DNA of 64,000 nucleotides from Plasmodiophora brassicae (Eukaryota). The DNA lies in NCBI GenBank assembly GCA_036867785.1, contig CP145420.1, positions 496,001-560,000 of the forward strand, given 5' to 3'. A model generated the notes under the pieces. It saw nothing but the letters and a program-made list of their open reading frames with translations. It had not been told where the DNA came from and searched no databases. Of this stretch, positions 48,881-62,154 are shown piece by piece (position 1 is the stretch's first letter; each line of letters starts with the position of its first letter). A program made the position numbers and the translations under genes.

Positions 48881-50245
48881 TTACACTACGAACGAAATGG
48901 CAGCCGACATCATCAGGACGACGGGTACCATACAGAATACGCCAATGGCGGCCATTTTCAGGTGGGTGACAGCGCCCACCACCTTGAACTGGTCGCGAAG
49001 CATGCCCGTCCACATGACGCCGGCCAGTGATCCGACCATGCTGAGGTTGGCGCCAAAGTTACTGCCAGCGATGGCGGCGAAGACCGTTGCCGACCAGAGG
49101 CGATCTGGCAATGCGGCCCGAAACTCGTTCTGCTTCATGATGCTGACGGCCAGGATGCTCATCGGCTGGTTGTTGATCAGGTTGCAGGCCAGCACGCTGA
49201 CGACCATCGCGACTAACGTCGCCGAGAACACGTTGGCGTTGGCGAACATGGTACCGAGCGCGGTTGCGGCCGACTTGGAGAACCCGTTCGCTTCCAGGCC
49301 GCCGACAATAACAAACATACCCGAGACGAACGGCACAATGCTCCATGGTAGTTGCTTGCAGATGGCCTGGACACGTGATAGACGTCTCACGTACACCGCA
49401 TCAGCCACAACCATGACCACTGCCGCTACGAGGCAGATCACCCAGAGGTCCAACTGGCACCATGGCGACAGCACCAACGCCAACAATGTCGACAGGAAAA
49501 CGACGACAGCGACGACAGTGATGGATCGATCATGCTGGGGACGATGACAGTCCTCGAATGGGCGGGGTGGGGCGTCCTCCTGGGCTAGCAGGTGCTGTTG
49601 GTATCGGAAGTCCCTGCGGACGTACAGGACCAGGAAGACGAACAGGGTGCCAGTGGCGATCATCGCCGGGATGATCATGACCCGAATGTAGGAATTGAAG
49701 TCGAGGCCGAATGCGACCCCGATGATGATATTCGTTGGGTTAGAGATCAAGAGCGCCGCGCTGGCGGTGTTGGTGGAAAGAAACTGGGCGAATAGTAACG
49801 GGCCGGGGTCCAGCGCTTTGCGCTCGCAAAGGTGGCAGATGATGGGGGTGACGGTTAAAATGACGATGTCGTTCGACGTGAAGACGGTCAGCAGTGAACA
49901 CAGGACAAAGACGGATGCGAACAAGCGCATGTACGATGTTCCGGCACTGTCGATGACAGCTCTCGAGATCGTATGCAGGACGCCGGTCTCGTTCAACGAC
50001 ATGCAAACGTACGCCAACGACAGGAACAGGATGATGACTGTATAGGGCGCCAACATGGCGTCACCGACGATTGCATGAACAACATTGTCGAGAGTAACGG
50101 CGCCCGTCGCTAGTAGCAAGGCCACGCTGATGACAGGCGCTGTTGCCATGTTCAGGTGGAGCTTCTTCGCTGGACGAAGTGTCATTACAATAGTGAAGCC
50201 GGCGGCCAGCAGGCAGAGGACGACATTCGCCACTGCCGGTTGCAT
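48881..50245 (-). CDS. ArsB/NhaD-superfamily anion permease (ArsB/Lsi2-like)
   Basis: Intronless, about 11-12 TM segments; FTSNDIVILTVTPII, LLISNPTNII, LPWSIVPF, NLINNQPM, GSNFGANLSMVGSLAG. Confidence 0.88.
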   Translation of the reverse strand: MQPAVANVVLCLLAAGFTIVMTLRPAKKLHLNMATAPVISVALLLATGAVTLDNVVHAIVGDAMLAPYTVIILFLSLAYVCMSLNETGVLHTISRAVIDSAGTSYMRLFASVFVLCSLLTVFTSNDIVILTVTPIICHLCERKALDPGPLLFAQFLSTNTASAALLISNPTNIIIGVAFGLDFNSYIRVMIIPAMIATGTLFVFLVLYVRRDFRYQQHLLAQEDAPPRPFEDCHRPQHDRSITVVAVVVFLSTLLALVLSPWCQLDLWVICLVAAVVMVVADAVYVRRLSRVQAICKQLPWSIVPFVSGMFVIVGGLEANGFSKSAATALGTMFANANVFSATLVAMVVSVLACNLINNQPMSILAVSIMKQNEFRAALPDRLWSATVFAAIAGSNFGANLSMVGSLAGVMWTGMLRDQFKVVGAVTHLKMAAIGVFCMVPVVLMMSAAISFVV

Positions 50246-50629
50246 CACAGGGGCACCTCGGTCGAACTATATGTAATATGACCAGGTACTGTTGCTCGAT
50301 CCGGTCTACTCAAGCATTGGAGGCCAATCGCCGAATCAAGACACCAGTGTCTGTTCAAGCGCCGCTCGTAGACGACCGCAAGGCACGCGTTCAGCTTGCC
50401 TTGGGTCGGTTCAAAGGTTGCTGCAAGCCTGTGAAGATCTGATGATAGGCGTGAAAGTCTACCGGATTATGTATTTAGGTACTCCTTCGGTTTGACCAAC
50501 GCGTACATGCTGAAACGGTACTCGTTGGAACCTACCCAGTGTGCCCCCGCAAAGTCAACGTCGAGTACGACGCCGGATCTGCGGTTATCTCAGAGCGCGT
50601 CGATGACGAAAAGCATGTATTGTACCTAA

Positions 50630-50688
50630 CTGATGACTGATGAGTAGCTGATGACTGATGGCTGTTGAATGATGACTGATGAGTGATG
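50630..50688 (+). repeat. Three copies of TGATGACTGATG upstream of FARSB
   Basis: Copies start at 50631, 50649 and 50670, about 100 nt before the ATG. Confidence 0.7.
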
Positions 50689-50789
50689 TCAGATGTGCCG
50701 CCCACAAATCACCTCAGTCGGCGTCGCAGCTGCGGACTCCGCATTCCGCAAGCAGTGCGCAGGTCGCTTGGGCTAGGTACAGCAGCGCC

Positions 50790-53202
50790 ATGCCCATCGT
50801 CAGCGTCCTCCGCGACAAACTCTTCGAGGCCCTGGGCGAATCCTTCAGTACGTGACGTACACTTGTCACCGTCGCTATCCTTGTTACAGCTGATTCTGCC
50901 TTGCTCCAGCCTTGGAGGAATTCGAGCAGCTATGCTTCGACTTCGGGATTGAGCTCGACGATGTGGTGCGTTTATGTCGCAGACATTGGCTAACATGCGG
51001 GCTGAGTCACCCTTCGTAGACGTCTGAGGCCGCAATGTTCGCGAAAATGAAAGGCGTTGAAGCCGCGCCGAACTTATCCACCGATGTCATCTACAAGATC
51101 GACATCCCGGCGAACCGATATGACCTGCTGTGCCTGGAAGGGCTTGCCCGAGCGCTTCGTGTGTACCGACAGTCGGAAGACCCGCCTGAATATATCGTTG
51201 ACGATGTCGCCGACCCTCTCACGATGCGCGTTTCGCCGTCGACCAAGCAGATTCGTCCCTACGTTGTTGCAGCCGTCCTGCGAAACGTGTCGTTCAACGC
51301 CACGACGTTCAAGTCGTTCATCGATCTGCAGGACAAACTTCACCAGAACATTTGCAGAGAGCGCAGCCTGGTTGCGATCGGGACTCATGACCTGGACACC
51401 ATCACGCCACCTTTCACGTACGAAGCACTCCCGCCCAATGACATTTCGTTCCGCGCTCTTAAGGAGGACAAGGTTATGACTGCCGCCCAACTGTTCGGGC
51501 ATTACCGGGCGCAGGCACAGTGTGAGGTACTAGTGTGTCCAGTATCCCATGTCGTTACGTGCACTCATGTCTCTGAAGGTGCGCAAATACCTGCCACTGA
51601 TTGAATCATCGCCCGTGTACCCTGTGATTCGCGACTCGAAGGGCAACGTACTGTCACTGCCGCCAATCATCAATTCGCACCTGTCGCGGATCACACTGGA
51701 CACGCGTAACGTGTTCATCGAAGTGACGGCAACGGATCTCACCAAAGCCCACATTGTCTTAAACACTATCGTCTGCATGTTCGGCCAGTACACGACGCCG
51801 AGGGCGTTCGTCGCCGAGCCTGTCAACATTGTCGACTGGGAAGGTCGTCCGGTTGAGCGAACGCCGACGCTCAAGGTCCAGCAATACCAGACGACGGCGG
51901 ATTACATTAACCGGGGCATCGGGACTTCCATCAAGCCCGATGACATGGTTGGGTTACTGAACCGCATGCAAATCAAGGTTTGTCAGCTCCTCTCACTGTT
52001 GGCACCACTCGGGTTCACACAACATCCTCATAGGCGACACTGGCAAACGATGGAACGATTACCTGCGAAGTTCCGCCGACACGCTCGGATGTCCTTCATC
52101 CTTGTGATATTATGGGTACGCCTATGCATCGGTTCTAGGCAGAACAGACGCTGTAACTGCTGCCTGGTAGAGGATGTTGCTATCGGATACGGTTTCAACC
52201 GAATCGCGAAAACGTTGCCAAAGTGCTACACGATGGCGCGTCAGCAGCCGGTGGCTGTCCTGTCCGATCTCCTGCGAGGAGGGCTAGCCGAGGCTGGGTT
52301 CACTGAGGTTAGCGTTCTATACTAGACAGGGCATCTCGGCTTATACTCATTTGTGTCGTTAAAGGTTCTCACTTGGGCCCTTGTGTCAAAGTCGGAGAAT
52401 TATGAGAAGGTTCGCCAGCAAGATGACGGTCGTGGTGTCACGGTTGGGAATCCCAAGACGGCCGAATTCGAAATGGTGCGAACTTCGCTAACACCTGGTA
52501 AGACATGACGCTAGCTTCCCCAGCTGTCCAACCGCAAACTGAGGCAACGCTAGGCCTGTTGAAGACTCTTGCGCACAACCGTGCGAATTTGAACCTTCCC
52601 ATCCGGCTGTTTGAACTATCCGACGTTGTCTTCATCGACCCAGGCAATGCCAATGGGGCCCGTAACGAGAGGAGGATCGGTACGTAGTCGTAAATGTCGG
52701 TCTTATGTAAACGTTCGTCACATGGGTCCACAGCCGCTCTCTACTGTGCGCGCTCTGCTGGCTTCGATATCATCCACGGCTTGCTCGATCGTATCATGAC
52801 CTTGAACAACGTTCGTCATGGAGACAGCGAGGAGTTAGTAACAGCTTCACCTTGCTGCCACATACGCTTCATCTGACTGTGCGTTGCAGAGAACGCCACA
52901 GCGGTTCTAAGCCTCCCATTGGCATGTACGTCGTGACAGGATCCGCGAACACGACCTTTGTACCGAATCTGTGCGCCGACATTATGTTTACTGCCGCCGG
53001 CAGCGAACGGTATTCACCCACCCGCGTGGACCTAAAGCCAACTGATCTAACGGGTCGGTTCCCACCTAGATCCGTATGTCTGGGATCGATGGGCGTCATC
53101 CACCCGGAGGTCCTGGAGAAATTCCACATCGATTCGCCGTGCTCCCTTCTGGAAATCAGCATCGAGCCATTGCTCGTCGCCGGCAAGCCCATCTCCAGCT
53201 GA
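50790..53202 (+). CDS. FARSB: Cytosolic phenylalanyl-tRNA synthetase beta subunit, multi-exon
   Basis: MPIVSVLRDKLFEALG, IDIPANRYDLLCLEG, IDLQDKLHQNICR.R.LVAIGTHD, LSLPPIINS, EDVAIGYGFN, GVIHPEVLEKF. Confidence 0.96.
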
Positions 53203-53340
53203 TCCCTGTCCGCCCGTGTTCCAATACATTTACTGTCTTAATCGTGCCGTCATCACTGCTTGTGTCGTCCAGCGGCGTGATAGGTGTCGCCTTTGGGCGT
53301 CGTCGTGCCTCGTGGCCCCGTGGCGGACATTTGCCCCGTC

Positions 53341-55883
53341 ATGGCCGTTGCCGACGCAATCGACGATGTCATGGACGAGTCCAGCGAGTCGCACGACGAC
53401 GATGACGACGAGGAAGAGGACGAAGAGAGCGCCGCCATCGCACGTGTCGCTGAACTGAAATCCCAGGTCCCCACGCGATATGACGCCATGGCGGGGTTGC
53501 AATTCGTTATTGACTTGTGCTCGGGCCAGCTGTCGTTCAACCCCAGCTATGAGACGTTCGACGCGTATATTCAGGCGCTGCGCAGCGCGATGCAATTCGA
53601 TGAACTGGGCGCTGTGCGCCAGGAGATGGCCAGCAGGTTCCCGTTGGAGCCTCGTAATTCGTGCGACAATCACGGCGCTCAGAACCGGGTCTCATTCCCG
53701 CGCAACAGGTCTGTGGCTGGAATGGATCGAGGACGAGCAGCGGGTGGGCGCCGACACGGGCACCGTTGTCGACCTGTTCGAGCGCGCCCTGTCTGACTTC
53801 GTGTCGGTGGATCTCTGGGTTCGGTATGCGACTTTCATGGGTGCGGACGCACGGCCGATCTTCGAGAGAGCGGTGGACTCGTGCGGCACACATTTCGCCG
53901 AGGGCGCACGGCTCTGGGCCGCCTTCCGTGAATTCGAATCCGACCGCCCCGAACGTGTCCAGAAGCTGTTCGCGCGGCAACTTGGCATTCCGCTGCAGGG
54001 CCTCCCGGATCTCTTCCACGAGTACGAGGCCTGGTGAGCCCGCTCCGGATCACACCACCATGCCCTTTCGCTGACGTGGACACAGGTCCAACACCGCTCT
54101 CGGACAGCCGCCACGACCTGTGCCGTCTCACGAGAAGGCGCTCACTGTCCTAAAGCAGCTGCTGCCGTTTGAGAAGGCCGTTGCTGAGCGCGGCGATGAA
54201 GCGTCGTGGGACGACTATATCGCCGCCCAGGTGGGCGAGAAGTCGCCCCATCTGGCCCGATGCACGATGCTGTTCGAGCGCGCTCTGACGGTACACTTCG
54301 CGTCCGAGTCGCTGTGGGAGCGCTACGTTATCTTCTCCCGTGTCCACTCCCGCCCGGATCTGCTTCGCGTCTGTCGACGAGCCGTTCGTAACTGCCCCTG
54401 GAGCGCGACGCTCTGGTCGCAGTTCATTGCGTCGTCGTCTGTCAACGATGACGACGGCTTGTCGGCGTCGAATGCGATCTTGGACGAAGCCGTATCTGTG
54501 CTGTCGTCGACGTCGAGTGATGGCGTTGTCCGCGTCCTCCTCGAAATGTGCTATGCCGTCAGGCGCGCGTCGGACCCAGTCGACGGGGCGACCTTGCGAT
54601 CGCTGTTCGAGCGTGCCCTCACGTACGACCAGTACAGCGACGGCCGCACGCTGACGGAACCTGCGTTCCGCCTGTATTCGTTCTGGGCCGAGATGGACGT
54701 CGCCCTGTTCGACGACCGCAAGACGGCCCGGGACCACTGGGACGTCATCCTGCGTCGCGACGGGCGAAGCTGTGCCGTCTGGACGCAGTACGTCGAGTTC
54801 GAGCGGCGCGCCGGCGACATCGAGCGCGTGCGCACCGCCTTCAAACGGGCGACGCACGCCTTGCAGAACACGGGGCCGGATTCGCTGGACCCGATCTGTC
54901 GCCTGTGGTTGCAGATCGAGGCCGAATCCGGCACGGTTGCGTCGCTCGACGACGCCACGTTGCGCTGCCAGGCTATTCTTCGACGCCGCGATCGTGCCGA
55001 GCAACGTCGTGCGGCGGCTGCTGCTGCTATGGCGCCTCAACAGTCGTCGTCGACGGCGGCCAAACGCCGATCGGAGCCAGCTGTGGCCGAGGACAAGACA
55101 CGGCCCGCGAAACGCGTCCGCTTCGAATCGGAATCGTCACCTGATGGCCAGCAGCAGCAGGCGGGCGTGCGCGCTTCACCTGGCTGCTCAGCGTTCGTCC
55201 AGAACGTTGCCCGGGAGACTGACGAGGGCAGGCTGACGTCGGCGTTCGCCGCCTACGGGAACGTCGCCAGCGTTCGGATTCCCGTCGACGCGCGCGGCAG
55301 GAGACGTGGCTTCGCCTACGTCACGCTGGAGTCGCCCGAACAAGTCCAGAGCGCGATCGGCGGGCTGGACCAGACGGAGCTCGACGGGCGCATTATCACC
55401 GTCCAGAAAGCGGGCGTGTCGGGAGCGATCGCGCGCCGTCACGAGGCTGACGCCGGGGCGACGCTCTTCGTCAAAGGGTTCAGCCGGGATCTGTCGCAGG
55501 CGGATGTCGAGGTCGCCCTGAAGAGCCAGTTCGGCAAGCATGGCGTCGTTCGCCAGGTTCGAATCCCGCCGGGCGCGCGCGGCAAGCTGAAAGGGTTCGC
55601 GTACGTCGAGTTCGCGTCCAGCGATGCTGCCCGAGCCGCCCTGGCCGAGAACGCGTTCCAGTTAGGCGGCCTACCCGTCTCTGTGGCCATGTCGAACCCG
55701 CCCAGGAAGAACGAGGATGACCGGGGGGCACCGCCGGTCCCGACGTTCTCCCAATCGAAACGCCACGTCCGCCTGGACGTGGCCGCGGAAGACGGAACGT
55801 CGCCTGATGGCGCTCCCGCACGAGCCACAGCGCCCAAGAGCAATGCAGACTTCCGCAAGCTTGCCCTGGGCCGGGCAACGTAG
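53341..55883 (+). CDS. SART3: SART3/Prp24 U6 snRNP recycling factor
   Basis: HAT repeats (LFERALSDFVSVDLW, RAVRNCPWSATLW), two RRMs (RGFAYV, KGFAYVEF) and the C-terminal LSm-binding motif SNADFRKL. Confidence 0.92.
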
Positions 55884-56027
55884 CGTGTCAATATATAAGG
55901 TCTTCCTTGTGAAGTGCACGAGACGCGTGGTTGGCGAACGCGTGTAGGATGATGATGATGTGGGTGAAGGCGTATCGGAGGTTGCGGCCTTCCGAGCCTG
56001 TGAAGGGTGGGCCGGCCCCGCCGCCAA

Positions 56028-57544
56028 ATGCAGGGCGCTGATGGCGCCATCCCGAACGCTCACACGAGCGTCGCCTTCAGATGGTCGCTCTACTGGTTCT
56101 ACTTCACGCTGGGCGTCAACCTGGCTCTCCCGGTACGTCGCTGTCTGGGTGGGTGGTCCCCCCCGGGTTCGCGTATGACCGGCGCCCGTACAGGTCCTGC
56201 CGACGAAGACGCTGCTGATGGACGACCTGAAAGTCGAGCCGGCGACGATGGCGTTCACGATGAGCTGTATGAACCTGCCCTGGAGCGTGAAACCGCTATA
56301 CGGGTTCGTGTCCGATTCGTACCCGATCAGGGGGCGACGTCGCCTGCCCTACGTTGCCTTCGGTCTGTCCATCTGCGCGTGCGCCGCCCTGTCCCTGGCG
56401 AAGGTCGGCGCCGCGTCCGGGCTCCTGCCCGTCTTCCTGCTCCTGTTCCTGTGGTCGCTGGCGCTGGTCGTCGCTGACGCCGCCTGCGATTCGCTACTGG
56501 CCGACAACGTCCAGCTGGAGACACGATCCGAGCTCGGCACGTTGCAGTCTGGCGTCTGGATCGCCAGGTCCATCGGCAGCCTGCTGGCGTCCATCTTTGC
56601 CGGGGTCGCCATGGACTATTTCAAGTTGTCGTCCAGCCACATGTTCGCCCTGTCCGGGTGCCTGTCCCTGTCCGGGCTGGCCTCCGTGATCTTCATCGTC
56701 GAGGCGCGAGCGCCCCCCGACCAGTGCAGCATTGTCGCCCGCCTGCGCGACCTGCTCGCCTTCTGGTCCCACGAGCACATCTGGAAGACATGCGCCTTCG
56801 TGTTCATGTTCTCAGCGATGCCGACCAGCGGCGACGTCATCTTCTACTTCATGAGGTACGCGTCGGCGTCTCCGTTGTCTAACGCGACTCATGGGATACT
56901 ACTGGCGGGTCAGGCAGAGGCTCGGGTTCTCGTTGGCGTTCCTCGGCGTGCTGAACGTGGCCGGACACGCGTCCTACGTGATCGGGTCCTGGGTCTATCG
57001 CGACTACCTGCGCCTGATGCCGTTCAGGTCGATGCTGAAGCGGACGATCTGGGCGGCGTTCGTCGTGGGCATCTCGACGCTGCTCCTTGTCCAGCGGTGG
57101 AACCTGGTGCTGCACGTTCCCGACTGGGCGTTCGTGCTCGGCGACACGGCGTTCGTGGCCGCGTGCTCCCAGATCGCCTTCATGCCGATCGCCGTGCTGG
57201 CCGCCAAGGTGGCGCCCAAGGGCGCCGAAGGCACGATCTACAACTCCGTCATCTCGGTCTTCAACCTGGGCAGCGTCGTCAGCGAGTTCACCGGCGGCCT
57301 GCTGACCAAAGCGCTGGGCGTCCGCGAGGGCGACTTCGACAACCTCTGGGCCCTGATCGTCATCTGCAACCTGACGACGCTGTTGCCCGTCCCGCTCCTG
57401 TCGATGTTGCCCGACATTGGCAACGCCAAAGACGGCGCCAGCGACGACGAGGCCTCGTTATCAGACGTCAGCGTAGGCGGCGCCGGTATGGAGCCCAGTA
57501 AACGCGACAATGTCACCGAGATGACGCCGCTCTTCGAGAAGTAA
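56028..57544 (+). CDS. BT1-family folate/biopterin transporter (MFS), two introns
   Basis: LPWSVKPLYGFVSDSYPIRGRRRLPY; MPIAVLAAKVAPKGAEGT; GDFDNLW. Confidence 0.92.
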
Positions 57545-57581
57545 CCGGGCATATATCTTATACACGTGTCGCCATACGGGG

Positions 57582-59540
57582 TCATCGGTGCTCATGGCGT
57601 TCCCGTTCTTCGCGAAGGCGCTGCGCTTTGGCGGCCTTCTCGGCCTCCAACGCCATTTCTTTCTCGACGCCGGCCGTGTCGAACACAGGGACAGGTTGCG
57701 ATTCGGCGTACGCCTTGCCGAAGAAGACGGGATCCTGGGCGGCCTGGTCGGCGTACCGCAGGAGCGCTTCGCGAGGGTCCTCGCTGCGGGGGTCGTGCGA
57801 TCGTACAACGTGCTTCGCTACGTAGTCGGAGACGGTCGACTCGAGGGCGGCGCCTTTGCCGAATCCCGAGACGGGGATCTGCGGGATCTTCGCCTTGATT
57901 GGGTCCAGGGCCTGCTTCTCGCGTTGCCGCTTCTTGCTGAGACCTTGCTGGCCGAACACGTGCACAGCCGGGGCGAACTGGTGGAAGTCCATCGGCTCTT
58001 TCCGTTTGGGTTTCTTGCCGGCGCACAGCAGCGCGCCCTTCGTGCTCCATCGCGGGTCGTACAGGACGTGGACGTTGAAGTCGGCGCCGCCGACCACGAT
58101 CTGATTCAGGGTTGGGCTCCAGAGAGCTCGGACGGCGCTCCCGTCGCAGACGTCCACAGATTGCACGACGGAGAGCTCGGTGCGGTCAATGAAGACGAGC
58201 CGCCCTCGACCCTGGCCACGTTTCACGGAAACGCACCCGACGATAAGGCGCTCGTCGGGCGACAGGATCACGTCGGTCTCAGGGAAGAAGTTGGGCAGGT
58301 CATCGAACACCTTCAGAGGCGCCTTCGAGCTGCGAAGATCCCAGACCTTGATGGTGTCGTCCCCACCACGCGACACGAGCTGGCGACAGTCGCTGGTGAG
58401 CACAATGCTCGACGTGTCGGTGTTGGCCGCGTGCCCCGAAGCGATATACACATCTGGGCGATTGAATCTGCCGTCGTTCTTCCAGATCTGCAGGGATCCG
58501 TCTTGACAGGCGGCGGCGAGGTATCTGCCGTCGGCGCTGGCCGTGCAAGCCGTCACCGGCAGGCGTCCACGTGCCGCCTTCACCTTGATCGTGTCGCGCG
58601 CCTTTGTTGGCCGGTTCACATCCCAGAGGCGGAGAGTGCCATCGCCAGCGGCCGTCATCACAACGTTCGGGTCGTGGTGCATCCAGAGGCCGCCGACGCA
58701 CCCGACCGTGTGCCCGCTCGTGTGCTTCATGTCCCGGATGTACCTATGCGAACCCGTTACTCATCTCGGGGCACACGACGCCGACAACGACGACGTAATT
58801 GCCCCCACGTACATGTCGCCTCTGGCGAACTCAACCAGAGGTCTGCCTTCCCGGTCGTGGATCTTGGCACGCGACGCAGCCGTGACGACGAGGACGCGGT
58901 CGGGCGCCGGGTACGAGTACGACAGGCTGACGATCTGCTGGCCGCTGTCCGGCTCGACCTCGCGGAACGCCTTCCCGCGCTTGTCCATGCCGTTGAAATC
59001 CCACAGCCGCATCATGTAGTCGTAGCCGCCCGTCAGCAAGCGCGACCCGGATCGCTCCAGCGCCAGCGCCGACACCGCTTTCGTGTGCCCGTGCATCGTG
59101 AACTCATGCGTCACCGGCAGGCGCCACTCCTCGATCGTCGACATCGCGTCCGCGCGTTCGCCGGAGCGGGACGGTGCCGCCGTTGGTGGTGATACGCCCG
59201 GACCGAAATCGTCGTCATTGTCCTCGGTGGCAGACGGCGGCCTGTGCTCGGGCACGGCAGGGACCGCGAACCCGTGCGATGCGCCCGCCGTCGGAAGACT
59301 CGGCCCGAAATCGTCGCCGTCGTCGTCGTCGTCGACCACCTTTCGCGGCGGCGGGACGGCGGCCGGCACAGCAAATTGCGTCGGCATCGGCGGCCCGAAA
59401 TCATCATCGTCGACGACGACGGCGCCGTCGCTGACGGGCGTCCGGGGCTGGCCGTCGTCAGCGGCCATCGACGACGGGCGGTCATCGGCGTAGCCCCGGG
59501 AGCGTCGCAGACGCCGCATCTCCTCGAGATCGTCGTCCAT
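57582..59540 (-). CDS. WDR70: WD repeat-containing protein 70
   Basis: HGHTKAVSAL..GSRLLTGGYDY..WDFNGMD; GDMY|IRDMKHTSGH; SRGGDDTIKVWDLR; EDPREALLRYA. Confidence 0.92.
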
Positions 59541-59910
59541 GACGAGAAACGCACTCCGTGGCGCGATGTGCAGCTCCCTGTCGTCGACGGTTCGCACGTG
59601 CCGGTGCCGGACCGCTGACACACACACACACACAACAGCTGTGCGTGCACACTCCTTACTGCACGGTATGTATTGTACAACGCACCCGGTTAGTGTGCCC
59701 GTGCTGTGTGCGGGGGGCGTGCTAGCTTGTGGACCCGAGGACCCGGGAACGGTACACACCGTAGCCTGACGGCGCTATCGCTGGCATTTGTGCACAAAGT
59801 GTGTGACGGGGAGGTGCTGGGGGAAGCGGCATACTAGATCCAACACCACACAACGACAGGACGTACTGCCCAAGGCCGACAACGCCCATCCGATTGACCT
59901 AGGCGCGTCG

Positions 59911-61970
59911 ATGGCGTCGTCTGGCATCAGTGCTACGCGCCAGGCTGCTCTGAAGGTGCCACCGACACTGTAAGCGTGTTGTTACAGCGTGCTTCGCACA
60001 GCACCTTGCCAATAGCGGGTACGTGCAGGTACGTCCCCACGCTGAACGCGGACTTCATTGTCAACGACCCGATCGTCAGCGAGAATCAGCTCGAGCGTCG
60101 GCACCTGGCCGACCTACTCGTCAGCGTCCTGCCGGGCCGGGTCGCCGCGCTTGCCGGATCACTCGTTCGCGCCTATGGCGACCTGGCCGACGACCACCCG
60201 ATGGTGTCCGGGTACTGGATGGTGATCAGCGCGCTCGGTGGCCTCGACGTCAACGTCCGGTCGGTTCTCGGCAGGGACACCGGCGACCTTGGTGACATCG
60301 TTGGCGCACTGTGCCACGACTATCTTCGCGTTGCTGGGGAATCCGGCTCACGGGCCGCCCTCCTCTCCGACCGCCTTCTGACCGCCTCCGACGCCGTCGT
60401 CAAGCGCTTGCTCACCCTGTCTCCCATCTCAGTCCGGTACCTGCTGGCCGATGAACTCCTAATCATGGCGCGCGTCCTGCGACGCATGCTCGGGGCGCTG
60501 ACTAGCGCCAGCGCCGCTGTCCAACTCGCTGTGAACGCCGCCGTCGGGTCCGACGCCTCCACCTTTGACCGACTCGTGGCCTGCAACTCGCTTCCCCGAC
60601 GGTCGCCCGACATCGCGCTCCTGGTGGCGTGCCTGTCCGGCAACACGATCGCTGTGCAATCGCTGCTGAACGCAGTGCCCCGCTCGCGCATGTCGTTAGC
60701 GTTAAGGGCGGCTGTCGTCGGCCGCCATGCACATGTCGTCGACATGCTGCTGGGGAGAGACGGGGTCGACGCTGGCGATAAAGACGGTTGGGCGCTGTTC
60801 GCCGCTGTCGAGCGCGGGTCGCTCCCGATCGTACAACGACTCCTGGCCGACCCGCTCTGCATCCGCGCCGACGCGCACAACAGCCTCGCGCTCGTCGTCG
60901 CTGCCAGCAAGGGTCAGGCGGACGTCATGCGGCACCTGCTCAGCAATCGCCTCACCCGCGCGAACGCCGTTGACGTGAGCACGCGGGCGCACGCGGGAGT
61001 AACCATCCAGGCCGGCTGACGTTCTGTGCAGTCGTGGGCGCTTCGGGTGGCGGCCAACAACGGGCAGGTGGAGGCCGTCCGGATCCTCCTGGGCACGACC
61101 TCTGTGGACCCAACCGCCAACGACTCTGAAGCGTACGATGTGCAGCGTGCCGTCGACGTCGGATGGATGGCTCAGGTTGCACCCTTAGGCTTTGGCGAGC
61201 GGCGGGCAACGGCCGAGCTGACGTCGTCTCTGAATTGTATAACCGTCACCAGGAGCGACATGTCGGCGCGTTGGCTGATGTTGTATTACCCCAGGCTGAG
61301 AGATCGGCGTGCCGACCCCGGCGCCCGAGGCGGTTTAGCGTTAGCCTTGGCGGCAGCGATGGGGCACGACGCCGTCGTCGACGTTCTGCTACGGGACGAG
61401 CGTGTCGACGTTAGCACCAATTGGTACGCGGCGTTACGCGCGGCGATCTCTGGGCAGAACGTTGCCTGTGTGGATCGCATCCTGCAGGAGGAGGGTGTAC
61501 GCGACGCGCTGGACGCTTCGTTCGCGTGGCCGTCGATCCCGCAATCGTTACGGGACGCGATCGGCGCCATCGCCAGGGAATGCGACGACACCGTCTCGGA
61601 GCGGAACTGGGCCGACGACGCCATCTGGCCGAACTGGCAGTGCACGTCCCCGTCCGTCATCATTCGCCTGTTGCGGGCCGGCCTCGCGTTCCAGGACGAC
61701 GAGCACCGGCGCCCGAACCGATGGCAACGCACCGCCGTCAGCAGCGCCAGACGGCACCTGCGGCACGCGCGTGACGCTGCCGTACGAACCATCGCACGCC
61801 TGGCGACACCCCGTTCCCGGCTGCCCCTTCCCGACAGCATCCGCGCCCTGATCGCTCTGTTCTGGATCCCCGATCATCATGGCCTGGAAGCGTTCACCGA
61901 CGCGGACAGGCGCCGCGAGGTGGACCGGATCGCGGGCCGGATCCGGACCCGCCTCCGCGCCGAACGATGA
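59911..61970 (+). CDS. Ankyrin-repeat protein, multi-exon
   Basis: Repeats ALRAAVVGRHAHVVDMLL, ALRVAANNGQVEAVRILL, AAAMGHDAVVDVLLRDERVD. GT-AG introns join the ORFs. Confidence 0.82.
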
Positions 61971-62154
61971 TAGCGGCGCGGGTACGAATGAACCAATTCA
62001 TCCGCGACAGGCGGCCGTCAGTCGCGGTCCGGGTGCAGTCCCGCAGTTCTTCTGCACCGTTGCTGCAGTTCGCGACTCGCGCGGGTCCTGCGCTGCTGGC
62101 ACGGCAATCCGGGAACGAACAACGGAGCTGCATAGAATAGACGACGGATGCGCT

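Noticed and set aside
59615-59760. (CA)n tract and GTGTGC/GCACAC inverted words
   Set aside because: Short microsatellite in a divergent promoter, with no extended hairpin, TIR or target-site duplication.
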